Positions 12,401 through 25,900 of a DNA stretch of 64,000 nt are shown piece after piece. The notes below the pieces were generated by a model. The model was given only the letters and a program-made list of their open reading frames with translations. It was not told the DNA's origin and did not search any database. Both the position numbers and the translations under genes were made by a program. How positions within the stretch are numbered: the stretch's first letter is position 1; each line of letters starts with the position of its first letter. Source of the stretch: Amphiscolops sp. MND2022 (Eukaryota); assembly GCA_964187785.1 (NCBI GenBank), contig OZ076409.1, positions 57,166,001 to 57,230,000 of the forward strand. The letters run 5' to 3'.

Positions 12401-15400
12401 ACGGCTTGTCGCGATTGAGATGCCACAGAAGTAATGACATCAACGGAATTCGAAAACGCTTTTCTTTCACCAAATTGAAAATCTCGGCTCCTGAAAAGCG
12501 TAAGCGTAACAGAATATCAAAATACATATTAACATGCTATAAGGATCGCTATGATCATGTTTTATTTGTTTGTCCATCAGAATACATTTTCAAATGTGTT
12601 CGAGGCGAATTGCAATCGCAACATCTAAGAACATATCAACTAAAATCTTAAAAAACTGAGCTTTGTAATGATACATTTGCATTCGAACTCTTTACTATGG
12701 ACAAAGAACTCAATTTCATTTATTCCATATACATGTGCTATAACGTATTAGTACAGAGCAAATTAACGAACCATTGCGCTTTTCCTCCGGCAGATTATCA
12801 AATTCGTCGAACAGCTCTTTGAAGCATGGACTAGCAGCTCTAAATATCGTGTTGATGTACTGTAGCAAGTCATTCAACTGTTCCGTTCCTTTGTCAGTCG
12901 CCGGCAGTCCCAGAAAGAACTTGCAATCTTGCACCGCAAATGAGATGTTGCTTTTGGATACAGCCGGTTTTTCCGCTTTCAGTTTCGGATCAGACACGTA
13001 CCTCTCCCAAGTATCGTCCAGGAAACAGTCAGAGGGCGAAAGTTTGATACCCTGAGTTCTGGTCCTGGACAGATCGCAGAGGGAGACGTGCAGGTACTCA
13101 AAGAAGATGTAAGGCAATGCAAAGGGGCCTTCCTCGTGAGTCGAGGATCCCAGACTCCCGTAAGTCTCCCAATTGGGGAACACGTCAGAAGTGGCAAAGT
13201 CAGAAGTCTTTGAGTTCTGACACGTGCAGTACATGTGAATGAGTCCAGAGTCAATGAAGCGGCTCACAATTTTCGGTTTGTGGCACTTCATGCAGAAACA
13301 TTGCGGATGACAGCACTCGAAGTAGGGTCGCTCGTCTCTTCGCAACATCTGCCGTTTATTCGCATCCTCGGCATTGTTCGCATTTTTGAAGTAGAAGTAA
13401 GGAGCCGCATTTGGCACCCCTCGTTTGAACGCTTTGGCTGCCCAGTAGTGATCAGCTTCTTTTTTGTCTGAGGCGCTCTTCCCTGTGAAAATACAACAAA
13501 ATCCACTCTGCGTCACAAAAACATGTGCCTTTTTCTAGCAATTCCATACAGTAGATTTACACAAGCAATGAACAATGAAAGAGGTGTATACCAAACAAGA
13601 AATGCTTAATGGGGTTGCTCGAAATATCGACAAAATATAGATTCATTTATATTCACACTGAAGGTCATAAGACATACATACCACTGGGACGAGCTGAAAA
13701 TATTAAACACTAGAAAAGTCAGCAGGAACATGGTTTCATGAGCACTCACCACAACAACAAAGCAGTAGGCTAAGCAGCGGGCGGGAGCGAATAGAACGAA
13801 CCCTTGTTGCAATCAGCAATTCACTGAAAGGAGAGTTATCCTCGAAACAGTATGTGACTCGATACATAACGCTGGGAGACTTAATTAGCTAAATGGTTGT
13901 AACGAAGGTCACATTCTCTAAGGATCAAATGCTATCACAGGATTGCTCATCATTGAGTGAAGCATTTTCTTCTTTTCATTTAATGTGCTTCAACAGTTAT
14001 GAACATTGAAAAGAAGAACTTCAGAGAAAGTAAAGCAAAAAACAAGTTCGAGTGAATTAGACGAAATCCCGAATCCGTTGACACATCAATAACTTTCGCA
14101 AAACAAAATCAAAATTCTCAACTGGTCATGAAGTTTTCTTATTATAACTAGGCCTCCCAAAAAAACCTGGGACGATTGAAATCGCCGCACCATCAAAAAT
14201 GCAATATTTGTAAACAAGTCACAAAGGTTCATTAATTTTGCTGTCAAAAATTACAGATGTATGTCTCTAAAAACCGAATAGCTGTAAAAACGATGACATT
14301 TTCCCCTTTAGGTGACTAGACATCGTTTGATATAAAAGTACACGCCATTTATGACGTAACATTTGATGCATGAAGTTGAATCGATTCAATGAACAGTTTT
14401 CATTTTGAATGATTGATAGACTGAAATACCAATTTCAAAGCTTTTGAATAGCTCGTTGACAGATATTTGGAAGCCAGATAGACCAACTCCTAGAATTTCT
14501 ACGTAATCCATTTTCAAGGACGCACATTATATCATGACACTGATACAAAAGACCTAATTTGTCAAAAAATAACATCATGCCGAATGTCAATCATTTAAGT
14601 CTGAAACAAAATACCACATGTCACAATTCCAGGATTCTAGCTTTCAGCTGATTGCACAGCTGCAATTCAACCTGCACGATACTTCGAAGAGAAAAGACTG
14701 ACGTGATGAACATATTCACTGCAGTTTCAATTACAAGTTACCCTCGCGTTCTCTTATTCTTAAAACGGTGCCTAAACACTCAAGTCCCAATTTTAGTCGG
14801 TGCCCTCGATGGTTTTCTGATACCAAAAAACAACGATGAAGAAAAATACCGAAATTTGAGTTCGTGAACGGCCCTAAGTATCCATGAAGTTATTTGGAAG
14901 CGCTCGACATTAATTTTGCAACTGTAGAAAAAAAACTTACACTGAACGACGTGTAATAGTTCCGAAAACTAAAAAATTGAAAACTATATGAAAGCTCTAT
15001 TTCATACTCCTGGTGGAATTTCCTCCATTCAATGACTTCTACAATGCTGTAGTCCTGACAACTCTAACACAAATATTTATCAAGTGGCAGAAGCAATCAA
15101 AGCATGATAGAAATGGTTTTCATTTTGAATAGAAATGAGTTGAGAAGTGAGAAAAACGAATTCTAAAAACTGATTTTTGTGGCACTTTATAATTTTTTCA
15201 AAAAATCTTCAAAATAAACTTCTTTCAAATCAATGTAACTTTTCTCTTGTAAGGACCATACCAATTAAAAAAGCCAATAGACGCCTGTTGTACTTCGACT
15301 GAAAGCCTGAAGGATTTGGGAAACAATTTTTTGACAGAAAATTTTCGGAATTTTGATATTGAAGAGCAAATAACAAAAATAACTGGGCGAAATCAAATAC

Positions 15401-16312
15401 TTCGGAAAAAAATTACTCGGTCGTAAAAAGTCTAACTGGAAAAACAAAAAACTTCTCAATTAGCGGTAAAATGAAATTACATTTGAAAGTTTTTAGACAA
15501 CCTTTTAATAGGTATTGCACAATACAATAGCTGAAATGAATACTTTGTACTTTCAAAAGATGGCCATAGAAGCTAGTTCGGACTGCGCGACATTAAATCA
15601 AATTTGACATAAAAGAATCAACTAGCACTGAAACGAAACAATTTCTACTTCTTCCACGTGAACGGTTCTAGTTTTGATGAAGCTAATGGAGAAATCATGC
15701 GCTTTTAAACTATTCATGCTCTTTTCATTGTTTTAATTTTCCAGTCACCCAAACGCAGAATTAGGACTATCACGGAACGAACTATTTGCTGTCAAATCTG
15801 GAAATCAATAATTGGGTGCAGAGAAAGCAAGATTTCTGCTTCATAAAACTGCTTCATGAAAAAATTCCGGGCAATGTAGAACGAGAGGAGTGTATTTAAC
15901 TTACACAATGAAATATCAAACCCTCAAATTTCCATAACGATAACCGGCTCAATCTTGTCTTTAATGGGACAAGTTAAACAATCCCATTTTCGCCAATGCA
16001 TTCTCAAGTAAAATTTTTTAAGGTCACGCTTAGGTGGAAAATAAACGAAGTAGACGCACAACACGCAGATCTAAAACAACATTGATTGATGCTAAAAATG
16101 AACTTACCACCAAAGACACTTTGATGAGGTCCCCAACACGCTGTGCAGAGATCCAAATGGACGGAACATACGAATTTATTTTTGACCACATCCACTCCGG
16201 GTATTTCCTGGACATATAGTTTATTCTGAATCGGCTGCTCACATAGGAAACAGATGGCTTTTCCTGCAACCGAGTCGTTTTGCTTCGCAGCGGTGTTTGT
16301 ACCAGCAACCAT
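9450..16312 (-). CDS. Putative 3-exon host gene, ~1318 aa, Cys-rich termini and acidic helical centre; unknown function
   Basis: Exons 16108-16312 (aaaATGg start, donor GTAAGT), 12772-13482 (acceptor ttttcacag, donor gttcgt) and 9450-12490 (acceptor ttttcag). Both introns are phase 1; 205+711+3041=3957 nt = 1319 codons including stop; exon 3 is a 3 kb open frame. Confidence 0.7.
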
Positions 16313-17439
16313 TTTGCACAGCTCAATTCGATCAAATCACTATGACTGCAATCAACATCTGAAGAATATGGGCATATACATTCAAAGTAACAGCTAGACT
16401 GTCCGAATATTGGCAGAGGAGACAAAATGAACTGAATTTATGTGGGTAGTTCAAACATGTTTAGCGCAAGGTTTACAGTAATTATCAAGGTTCATATATT
16501 TGAATAATGTTCGGACAGATGCTTTACCGACTGTTCCAGACTAAAGATGTTACCATATATGGAAGACTAACAATACAAAACGTTATTAAAGCGTGAAACA
16601 TTGTTTGAGAAGCAAAACGCATTTCTTTGCAAGATGCAAAACTGAAAATCAGTATATACCGACCACGAACGAGCTTCAATTATATATGCTCTAAATAACT
16701 ACTTACAGCCACCATATAAAGCTCTGAATAGTCGAATAGTCCGTAATCGAAAGACCAATGACTAATTCAACATCACACAGAGCACGAAAAGAAATTCATA
16801 TCGCAAAAAATGACTAGAAATTCTGCTATTTAAATCTCATGGGAATGATCATTCAACTTAATGACTTTTTGTGATACCAAAAAGTGAACATATCGGTAAA
16901 GGGATGCTTCGTTACATAAAAACATATAAGCATAAACATACATATAGTGTCCTAAATACAGGGGCGAAGCGACATTCCTGATCCGTGGTTGGTTCTGCGA
17001 AGGCCGAGCTGAAGTAATGGTCTCTGGTTGACAAAAAAAATCAAAATCCTTTAGTGAAATCTAAAACAAAATAGAAAGAACCACAACTTTCGTTTTCGAC
17101 TCAGTGATTTTCAGCCAAATGGAATAAAGTGACCATCGCTTCAAGCCTTTTGGCTGAAAACTAAGCCAATTGACCAAAAGCATTAGACCGAATGACTCTA
17201 AGCCAAATGACTTTAAGTGAAGTGACCATTTACCGTTTGAAGTTCAGTTGTAGTAGAGTAAGAAATTCGCTCGAAGTGAGAAAAGTACTTGGTAACATCA
17301 AAAAAGGATGAAACACAGAAGAAGAAGATAATCAATTAACCTTCGAATGTGGCAGTACAAATGACTTTCTATCATTGATTCCAGAACAAAGTAAATAGTA
17401 TAAATAGAATTGACAGAAGGAAGGCAGGTGAGGATTGCA

Positions 17440-19700
17440 GGGTTATAAGAATTAATCGATGCTTGCAATAAAACCAGCCAACGCGTTTATCACATGCTTG
17501 TTTTCGCAATTTAGCAAACCAACTAGCGTTTCGTCAATGTTTTGATTTTAAAGCTCCTAAATGAAACTCCTTCGGTGTTCTTGATATGAGACACAGGAAA
17601 ATAAAAAATGTGCAGTATCATCGACAACTCTACAATAGGGACAAATATCGGTTTTGCTCTTTTTACTTCTAAATAATACCTCGCGTACTTCAAAATCATT
17701 TATTAGAACACGTAGCATTTTGACAGAAACTTTCCTGGGATATGGTGCAAGCATTTTCATGATGCTGTTTCTTACTTTAAGCCCTGAGTAATTTGAGTAC
17801 ATAAGACCTTGCTTTATTTCTCGTTGCCATAAGTGCCTGCAATACTCATCCACCTCTTTCTTAGAAGTACTGACTGAGGATTGTCTAGCATATTGTATGT
17901 ATATTGCCTTAATTTCATCGGGGTCACGATTTACAATTGAAAGTTTGTGTACCAGAAATAATCTCACCATATTAATTTGTTGGGGTATGATTGCTAAATT
18001 ACCTGGGTTTAGAATATCTGCACTTCTAGCAGTTGAATGTAGAAACATTAATACTTGATTAGTGTAGAGTAGAGAAGGAGGCCAAATATTACTTAAAACA
18101 CTGACTACCTGTTTCGATACCTGGTAGTTTCTTATCCCAAAGATAATTTATGAACACTCCACCACATCTTGTCCAGAGATGTCATATTTTGATGAAACCA
18201 AATAGTCATACAGTACGTTACACGTGGTTTCACATATGAATCAAAGATACGTACAGCGTAAAATGGATTTAATCCTTGCGTTATAAGTATACTAGTTTCT
18301 TTCCAGAAATTAACCACTGAGGCAGAGATAATAGCAGCATGTGTTTTGAAACTCAAATCTCGATCAAACCATAGGCCCAGTATTTTACTTCTCTCAACAA
18401 ATTTATAGTCGGACTGAAATACTTCTTTTGAGAAATTTATATGTTCAGTTTTGTCTTTATTCAGCACCTGTCTCCATTTGTATGTATAGTTTTCCGCCTT
18501 TTCTAAAGTTGTGCTCAAGTTTTCTTTGCTTGAAAGAGAAGTACTGTCATCTGCATACTTATATGTGAAGTCCGCATCTTGGAGCAAACCCTTCATATAA
18601 AATATCAACAAAAGTGGTGACAGTACAGCACCCTGAGGTAAACCATTAGGAGGGACAAATGACATGTCGATAAAATCATTGACTTGGATACTGACTTTCC
18701 GATTCGATAAGAAAGATTTTATAGTAGCTAACATTGGACCATTTAAACCACTGTTTATTAGTTTGCTTAGCAATAAAGTTTGATCTACGGAATCAAAAGC
18801 TTTCTCAAGATCATATACTGTTGCTATTGGTAAATTTTTCATTGCTAAGATATCATGATGTTGCTCATCAATGTCGAGGATATCTGATGATCTTAGTCTT
18901 CTATCTATCACTCGTTCAACTACTTTTCCTAAATGGGATGAAAATGAAATAGGTCTCCATGAAGATGGATTGGAATAATCAGTTTTGCTAGACTTTTTCA
19001 AGAATTTGACTATGGTTTTATCAAATGGCCAAATCCCCATGAAGAATGCATTGTTTATCAAGTGCAAACATATGCTAATGGTGTTAAATTTGAATTTCTT
19101 TAATAGTTTAGGATGAAGGCCATAAGGATCCACGACCTTGTTGTTCGTCTTCATTTTCTTTATGGCTTGTTTAAGTTCATCCATTGTAATACGCATGTTT
19201 AGATCATTCTTGACCTCCTCCTTGTAATAATCCCCAACGGTGTGAGCCAACTTCTCTTTCACTTCTTTTGTTTTTTCATAAAAAGCGTCGTCAAATAGTT
19301 TACCAGTAAGGTGTGCACCGTCGAAGAAAATACGTTGAAAGGGCGCTGCTTTATGGCAATCCTTTTCCAGTGTCTTACCCTTGTGACGAAGTACTCCTAT
19401 GTTATTTAAGTCCATTGAGCCATTGAATTTGCGGATATTATCGAAAAATGTTTTAGAGTTTCCCTCATTCATTTCCATGATGCCATTTTGCGTCCAACGG
19501 GTATTATTCTTTTTCATTTCCTTTTTGAATTCGATTTTAGCCATTTCAACAATGTTCTTGTTTTTCGGGTTACATTGGAGTCTATATTTTTTGCGTGCAT
19601 CTTTCAATTTTTTTGATAAGTGAGTCAATTTATTGCTCCAGTATGGTTTGGAATGTTTTCCGTGGAATCGAATTTTCACAAACTCCTCTCACTAGGCCCA
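17440..19700 (-). mobile_element. 5'-truncated non-LTR retrotransposon (RT + C-terminal CCHC)
   Basis: ORF 18132-19679 with WRPIS, DLEKAFDSV, GLPQGAVLSPLL, YADD; ORF 17557-18048 with CPYC...HFLFSC; frameshifted. Confidence 0.85.
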
Positions 19701-20342
19701 TAAATGTTAGGAGAGCTTTCGTGGGTGCTTCCGTTATCATGCTTTCCATGTTTTCCACCATAATATTTTCCATTTGTATACTTATTTCTTCTGACAAACA
19801 CAACTGACAAATTACAAAGCCAACTATTCGGACTGAAAGCAGCTGTGCCTCGTGACCTTCGCGGACTCTTTGTCTTAGATTACGTGTCCCTCATGTTGGA
19901 GAACCTATGTCCGTCAAACAACCCGAGATCTTGGCACCCGAATTAACGAGCATCGATACGCAGAAACTCCGATTCGCGATCACTTCAACTTGCAATGGGG
20001 AACCCGTGTTACGAAGGATAATGTCAATATTCGCGGACAGGGGCCTCACCCGCCGATGGCTGAGATGATCAATTGTCGAAAAGCTTTTCAACACATTTTG
20101 TTCACTTTACACAACAAATTAACATAGTCTAGCATTCTCTACTTAAAACCCAAATAAAATATAGACAAAATGAACAAATGACAGTTATTCCTGTGTTCGG
20201 CCTCAGTCAGGAACTCATTGTCTCGAGCTGAACTTTTGCGGAGACAGAAATAATGGAAAAATAGTGATAATCTAAATGAATAAAGATCGAATTGGCAAAA
20301 AAATTGGATAGCGTCTTAGAACTAACTAAAATTCGTGAAAAC

Positions 20343-20375
20343 AAGCCTAATTGTTGTGATAAACTTATTAAATAG
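20343..20375 (+). other. 33-nt spliced-leader-like sequence, copy 1
   Basis: aagcctaattgttgtgataaacttattaaatag, exact reverse complement of 25341-25373 with unrelated flanks; ends in AG and is not followed by GT. Confidence 0.6.
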
Positions 20376-20404
20376 TTTCAGAGCATTCGATGTTTTTAAA
20401 ATTA

Positions 20405-20700
20405 TTTTTCCTCTATCAGATATCATGGATCTTCGTCATCAAATGCCATGTGTATCATCATGTTGGGGGGAGAAGACACACACCTGTGGTCTGCAACGAA
20501 AGTAGGGAACCCCATACCAGCCACTGTCCCAGTAGACCACTAACAAAAAAAACAACAAACTACGCATACCAGCCACTATCCCAGTCGACCAGTAGAGACA
20601 TTTTAAAAGCTGCAATGGTATAGAGGTTTTAAAAGAATAAACTATGTAATGAATTTCTTCGAACGCATCTGTCGCTCACAGTTCCTAGAACACAGGCCGA
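20405..20700 (-). mobile_element. 3' fragment of RLE-type (CRE-like) LINE
   Basis: Similar to 57850-58075, the 3' end of the RLE LINE. Confidence 0.75.
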
Positions 20701-21683
20701 GCTGTCGGAGGAAATATATACAGCTAGATGACTAGATAAAAATTGACGAAATGACCAGATACAGATCTCAAAAATGGACTAGACAACCAACCAAATACTT
20801 GAAACTAGAGGGTAGTTCAGGTTGATTTCCCCCGCCAATTTTTGCAAAACCTCGACATATCAAAATTTTAGGTTTTCTCCGTGCATTTTTCCAATGAATT
20901 TTTGCAAAACCTCGAGACAGAGCACATCAAAAGTTTGGTTTTTCTTCTAAGTGAAAACTATAATCAAGTGAACAGTTCACTTTAACCGCATTCTTGATTT
21001 ATTCATAATTTAGGGACAAATCAGAAACAATCAGTTATGTAAATTAACATTGAGAGAGAAAAAACACTGTATTATTGTATAGGGATAGCTGGTGCCAGTA
21101 TACAATATGTGTAGATTGATTTATGCTGAAGCATAAATGATTTTTTCAAGTTTTACAGGGCGATAAATCAGGTGAAGGGGAAATCACGCCAAGTATGAGA
21201 TGTATGGATAGGCATACGACTACTTTCCAAAGTTAGATGATTTCTGGGACGACTTTCGAATGTGTGTAGACTTATAATAGTGTCTCTAAAGTACAACGGT
21301 AATGAGTTCCACTTCGAAGAAGAATGATGAAAGAAAGAACTGAAGAGAGATACATGACTTCCCATGTATATTATCTGATTAGTGCGATTGTTCCACCTAA
21401 AAATCGCCGTAGGTAATTTTAAAATGCTCTGGAAGGCTTTTTTAGTATTTTTGAGATATTGGAACAGAAAACTTGAGATTTCAACTCGATAAGTTGCTTT
21501 ATTCCAATTATTTTCTTTTTTTCTCTCAGATCACTCGACGATTTAAAGCTCGAACGGAAGTAGACAGATTTTAATGCCCAGTTCATCTGTTTCTCAAGGG
21601 AAACAAAGTAGTAAAGGAGGGGATATTTGAGTTTAAAAAATCGCAGAGTATTCGAAATCACAGATTATTAGCGCGTGGAAAAG

Positions 21684-22028
21684 AGGTGGGTGGAAGTAGG
21701 TCGAAGGAACGGGATCGAAAATCAGAGTTAGTCCTCAGGTCGACATACCAAATTTTTTGAATGGGATCGAAACAACTCGGATCGAATTTTTTATAACTTA
21801 GTCAGATGTGTTCACATACCCCTAGTGCCCTGAATGCAGGAGCGAAGCGGAGCGACGTGCCATATGGCCATGCCTCAATGTTGCTACTTGGCGAAGGGAG
21901 CGAAGCGATCGAGCTATTCAACAAATACGATAAAATTCGACCGCATTTCATTCGATCCCTGCAATTCGATCACAACGTTCGACCTCTGTCCTTTCGACCA
22001 GAAAAATTCGACCTATTTACAGCCACCC
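21684..22028 (+). mobile_element. MULE-like MITE, copy 1 (inserted in LINE)
   Basis: Imperfect TIRs; 9-bp TSD gtggaaaag at 21675-21683 and 22029-22037. Confidence 0.85.
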
Positions 22029-25000
22029 GTGGAAAAGCATGACTAAAACTGTGGTCGGAAATTTGTGTTGTAAAGATTCAATAGTTTTTTTTCCTACTGC
22101 CATGTTTTTCAAAACCTTTTTTACTTGGGTTTGGAAAGTCAAGTGTTGATCTAACGTTATTCCAAGATATTTGCATTCACATTTCTTTTTGACAACTGAG
22201 GAGCACACGACAACTGTTTCGGAGTCTAGCTGTCTCTTGTCATTTTTTCGAGAAAAAGTTATCAATTCTGTTTTACTGCCATGGGACTTAAAGTAACTTC
22301 AAGTTTCGAAATATTTGTTTGCAAACATTGCAAAGCAATGTCAGGGTCCTGGTGACTACAAAAAAGCAAGCAATCATCGGCGTACTGGATAATGCGAGCA
22401 TCCTCCGTTATCTGTTCAGTCAGGTCATTGACATATAGGTTGAAGAGCAGTGGTCCTAAAATAGTGCCCTGGGGAACGCCTTGTTTCAGTTCTATCCAAT
22501 CCGATTTGACATCGTTCAATGAAACCTGCTGCAGTCTATCACTGAGGAAACTTTTTATAAAGCTTTGGCCGAAGATGAGAAACCAAGAGACTTGAGTTTA
22601 GACAAAAGGATTTCATGTGAAAGTGAGTCAAAAGCTTTTGATAAATCCAGCAAGACTGCATGAACTATTTTTCCATCCTGAATTTCATGTTGAACCGATT
22701 CGGTGAAAAACAAAACAGCATCTTCTACTGATACTTTTTTCCTAAAACCAAAATGGAGTGGAGCGAGGAGATTTTTTCTTCAATGTAAGCTGTAATTTGC
22801 CTATGAATACATTTTTCGAGGATTTTGGAGAACGTTGTTGTAATCAAAAGGGGACGATAATTTTTGGGATCTAGAATGTCATCTTTTTTGAAGATGGGGG
22901 TTATAGTCGCTCTCTTTAACATCGTAGGAAAGACAATTTCATTAATGCACTCATTGGATATGAATGTTAAATGAGAAGTCAAAATTTGCTTTCCATTAAT
23001 TATAGCCCAAGCGGGCACCTTACAAGGACCGGTAGGTTTGTTCGGTTTCAACTCATTGATGATATCGTAACAATATTTCACTGTGATTGGACTAAAAGAG
23101 AACGAAGAATCACCGGGAAGGAAGGATGGAACTTCATCATTGATATTACCAAAATATTGACCAAGGTTCAAAATTATCAGGTTGAAATGACCGGCCATTT
23201 CCTTGTCATCAACTATCATTTTACCGAATGAATTTCTCACTGCTGCAAGATTGACCGACTTTTTATTTTGCCCTCGGGCAGAATTTATGAAATTCCATCT
23301 TTCCTTAGCGGTGCACAGAGAGGAAAAACAGCTCCAGGCAAATTTCTCTTGGTTCTTTTAGTACCTTAGAAAGTTGATTTCTAAGTTTTGAGTACGTAGA
23401 CCAGGTTTGAGCAGAGGTATTATTACAGTATTCGTAGTAAGCTGCTTGGCGTGCCTGGGTTAAGGTTTTGCACTCGCTGTCATACCAGGATTCTTTGAAA
23501 AGTTCAGGGGTCCTTTTTCAGAGAAATTTTTTTTGACGGGTGCACGCTTTTCCACAACACTAGCTAACATATAGACAAACAGATTGAACATATCAGCAGC
23601 ATTCGAACAATTATAGATTCTAAAGCATGGGATATTTGATAGTGACAGACAGAAAGCGGCTTTTTGGTAAGTACTCAAATCGAACACTTGCAAGATTGTG
23701 CACTTCTGTTTTTCAGCGAAAACGTTTGTGAAAACTACTGAGCCAGAATGATCTGTTTTAAAAGGACTATTGAACACAAAGCATTTACCGTCTAAGATGT
23801 TTTCACCTATTATATAGTCAATCTGTGTTTTTGTAGTTTTACAGACACGCGTAGGTAAATTTGGGCTAGCTACGGAAAACCCATATGGTAATATGACTGT
23901 TCTAGGTTTTCCCGTTAAAATGGGGTGAGGTAGTCTAAATTGTAACCGCCCATCATTGTGATATTTGCAGTTTCGCACGTGGAGTTGTCTATATTTGTTT
24001 CTAATTGTTCAAGAAAATCATTTTGAAATTGTTTCATAGGATTATAAGTTACGTTAATCAACATGGTTTTCTTGCAATTTTTTGAGAAATCATTCCTACA
24101 TTCTACCCAGATGGAGTCGAACTTAGTTTTATCAAAAAGGATGAGATCTTTTCGTTCCCTCGGAGCAAGTTTCAAAAATACCAAGAGCATTACACCACCA
24201 CCCTTTTTTTCGAATTTGCAGAACTTCGGTCACATCTTAAAAGCTCGTGGGTGTTTGAAGCTACATTCCAAAAAACCATGTCATCACTAGGAGTTAACAA
24301 ACTTTCAGAGATACCCACAATTGCGTTCAGTCCCATGTCGTTCACAAAAGATTTCAACTGAGTATGTTTTTTAGATACATCTTGAAAGTTCATGTGGACT
24401 ATGCGTAAATTTTGTTTATTTTTGTCGGACAACTTGGAAAAATTATCATAGCTAATTTCAGGGCCTGGATTTTGCTCAATATCTCCACAAAATTTCAAAA
24501 GAGCTCTAGCGAATGTTAGAAAATCGAATGAACAAAATGCATCAGATATCCCAAGGTTTCATATAAAATTTTTAACACTTTTACATGCACCGGCAAGTAG
24601 CTCTTTATCCCATTTTTGCAGTTTATATAGGTTTTCAAATACGAGTTTTTCATTATCTTGCATAAACACAATTATTTTTTCATTAACAGGATGCACTCTA
24701 GCAACATCATCCCGTTTCCTCAATTCACGAGTTACTTTAGCTCTGATTGGGGTAAGATCATCATTCACAAAAAAGTTGGTATTTTTGAGATTGCGCTTGT
24801 TTTTCATTAGCTGATGTTTCGTGTCACGTCTCACAAATTTGGCTATCAGAGGTTTGGGGCCCGACCCTCCGCCATGTAAACGGTGGCAGATACTTACGTC
24901 ATTGGCAGTAATTTGGACACCGGCCTTTTCAGCAACACTAACCACCTTCGCATAGACGTCCTCGCCTGGCTCTTCTTGCACTCCGAAAATGCGCACATTC

Positions 25001-25340
25001 TCCCTTCGCCCATACTGCTCTATGCTGTCAGCCTCGATGATTGGCGCAGCTCCTCCGTGGTACACCTACTAGCTTTGTTCAGCCCCTCAAATGCACAGAA
25101 TCCACACAGGAAAGGCCTCGCGAAGAAATTCTTGGGAATATGTGTGGGTACCCATACATTTGTCCAGATGACACATCCATTCCCATCCACACCAGGCCCA
25201 GTGCATTCAATCAGATGGTTGCTACCTTCTTCCTTTTTGCCCTGATTGATGGAGGATGTTGATGGGTTTCGCGCAGACGGCATTTCGTCGGGCCTTCTGT
25301 TTTATCGGTTAATCTGAAAAGACTTATTAAACAGCCGCAG

Positions 25341-25373
25341 CTATTTAATAAGTTTATCACAACAATTAGGCTT
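25341..25373 (-). other. 33-nt spliced-leader-like sequence at LINE 5' end, copy 2
   Basis: Identical to 20343-20375; lies ~57 nt upstream of the ORF1 ATG (25283), in sense orientation. Confidence 0.6.
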
Positions 25374-25900
25374 TTACCCCTAGTGCCCTGAATGCATTGA
25401 ACCTAAAGTGAAATACTAAAAGTAGGGCTGATTAACATTAACCACGGAATTCAGCACATAGGTTTTCAATTCCAGATGGGGCTCCAGACAATATTTGCTC
25501 AAGCTCATTTAAGGAGTATGAGTGGCAATTGCAAACGTATAAAAGAACAAAGATTACATGATGACAAACAGCTTTAAGTTTTTTTCACTTTATAAAAACA
25601 GTTACAATAGGGAATACTGCCAATTTCGACAGAGACGACATGTCTTTCACTAGACAAAAATACAGTTAGGGAGCTTCCCTCATTTGTATCTGCTTTCACA
25701 ACATATCGCATACCAGAATTTGAAGGAAAAACGTGACGTAACAATTCTTTAAATGCATTAGACAGTACTTCGTTATGGGTAACCAAAGGGTCGCGTATTT
25801 TTGTCAATTGACTGTTCTTGATTTTGCTGCTTGTCAACGCGCGAAGTTCGCCTTGGATTCACCTTTGTTGTGTAATTGTCAGAAGAAACCAAAACGTCAG

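Larger units (their letters stand above)
21050..25373 (-). mobile_element. Apparently full-length, degenerate CR1/L2-type LINE (ORF1, APE, RT)
   Basis: ORF1 pieces 25020-25283 (PHD-like C..FLCGFC) and 24559-25065 (EQYGRRENVRIFGV); ORF2 APE fragments, NYRP, GVPQGTILGPLLF, YADD; many frameshifts. Confidence 0.9.

Noticed and set aside
9502..12651. Plus-strand ORFs antisense to the 1025-aa ORF (and similar ones opposite TE ORFs)
   Set aside because: Shadow ORFs of the coding strand, Ser/Phe-rich and without motifs
13440..13516. HNH-like motif CCIFTG...EADH at the start of ORF 12716-13516
   Set aside because: CCIFT overlaps a good splice acceptor (ttttcacag) and is probably intronic
16030..16425. 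131-aa ORF as the first exon of the host gene
   Set aside because: Its phase at the GTAAGT donor is 0 and does not fit exon 2; the overlapping frame from ATG 16312 does
20343..20400. SL RNA gene
   Set aside because: The 33-mer is not followed by a GT donor and a recognisable SL intron; more likely a retrocopied leader
25574..25837. SWIM-finger/MULE transposase fragment (YCNC)
   Set aside because: Too short, with no downstream CxH or other supporting motif
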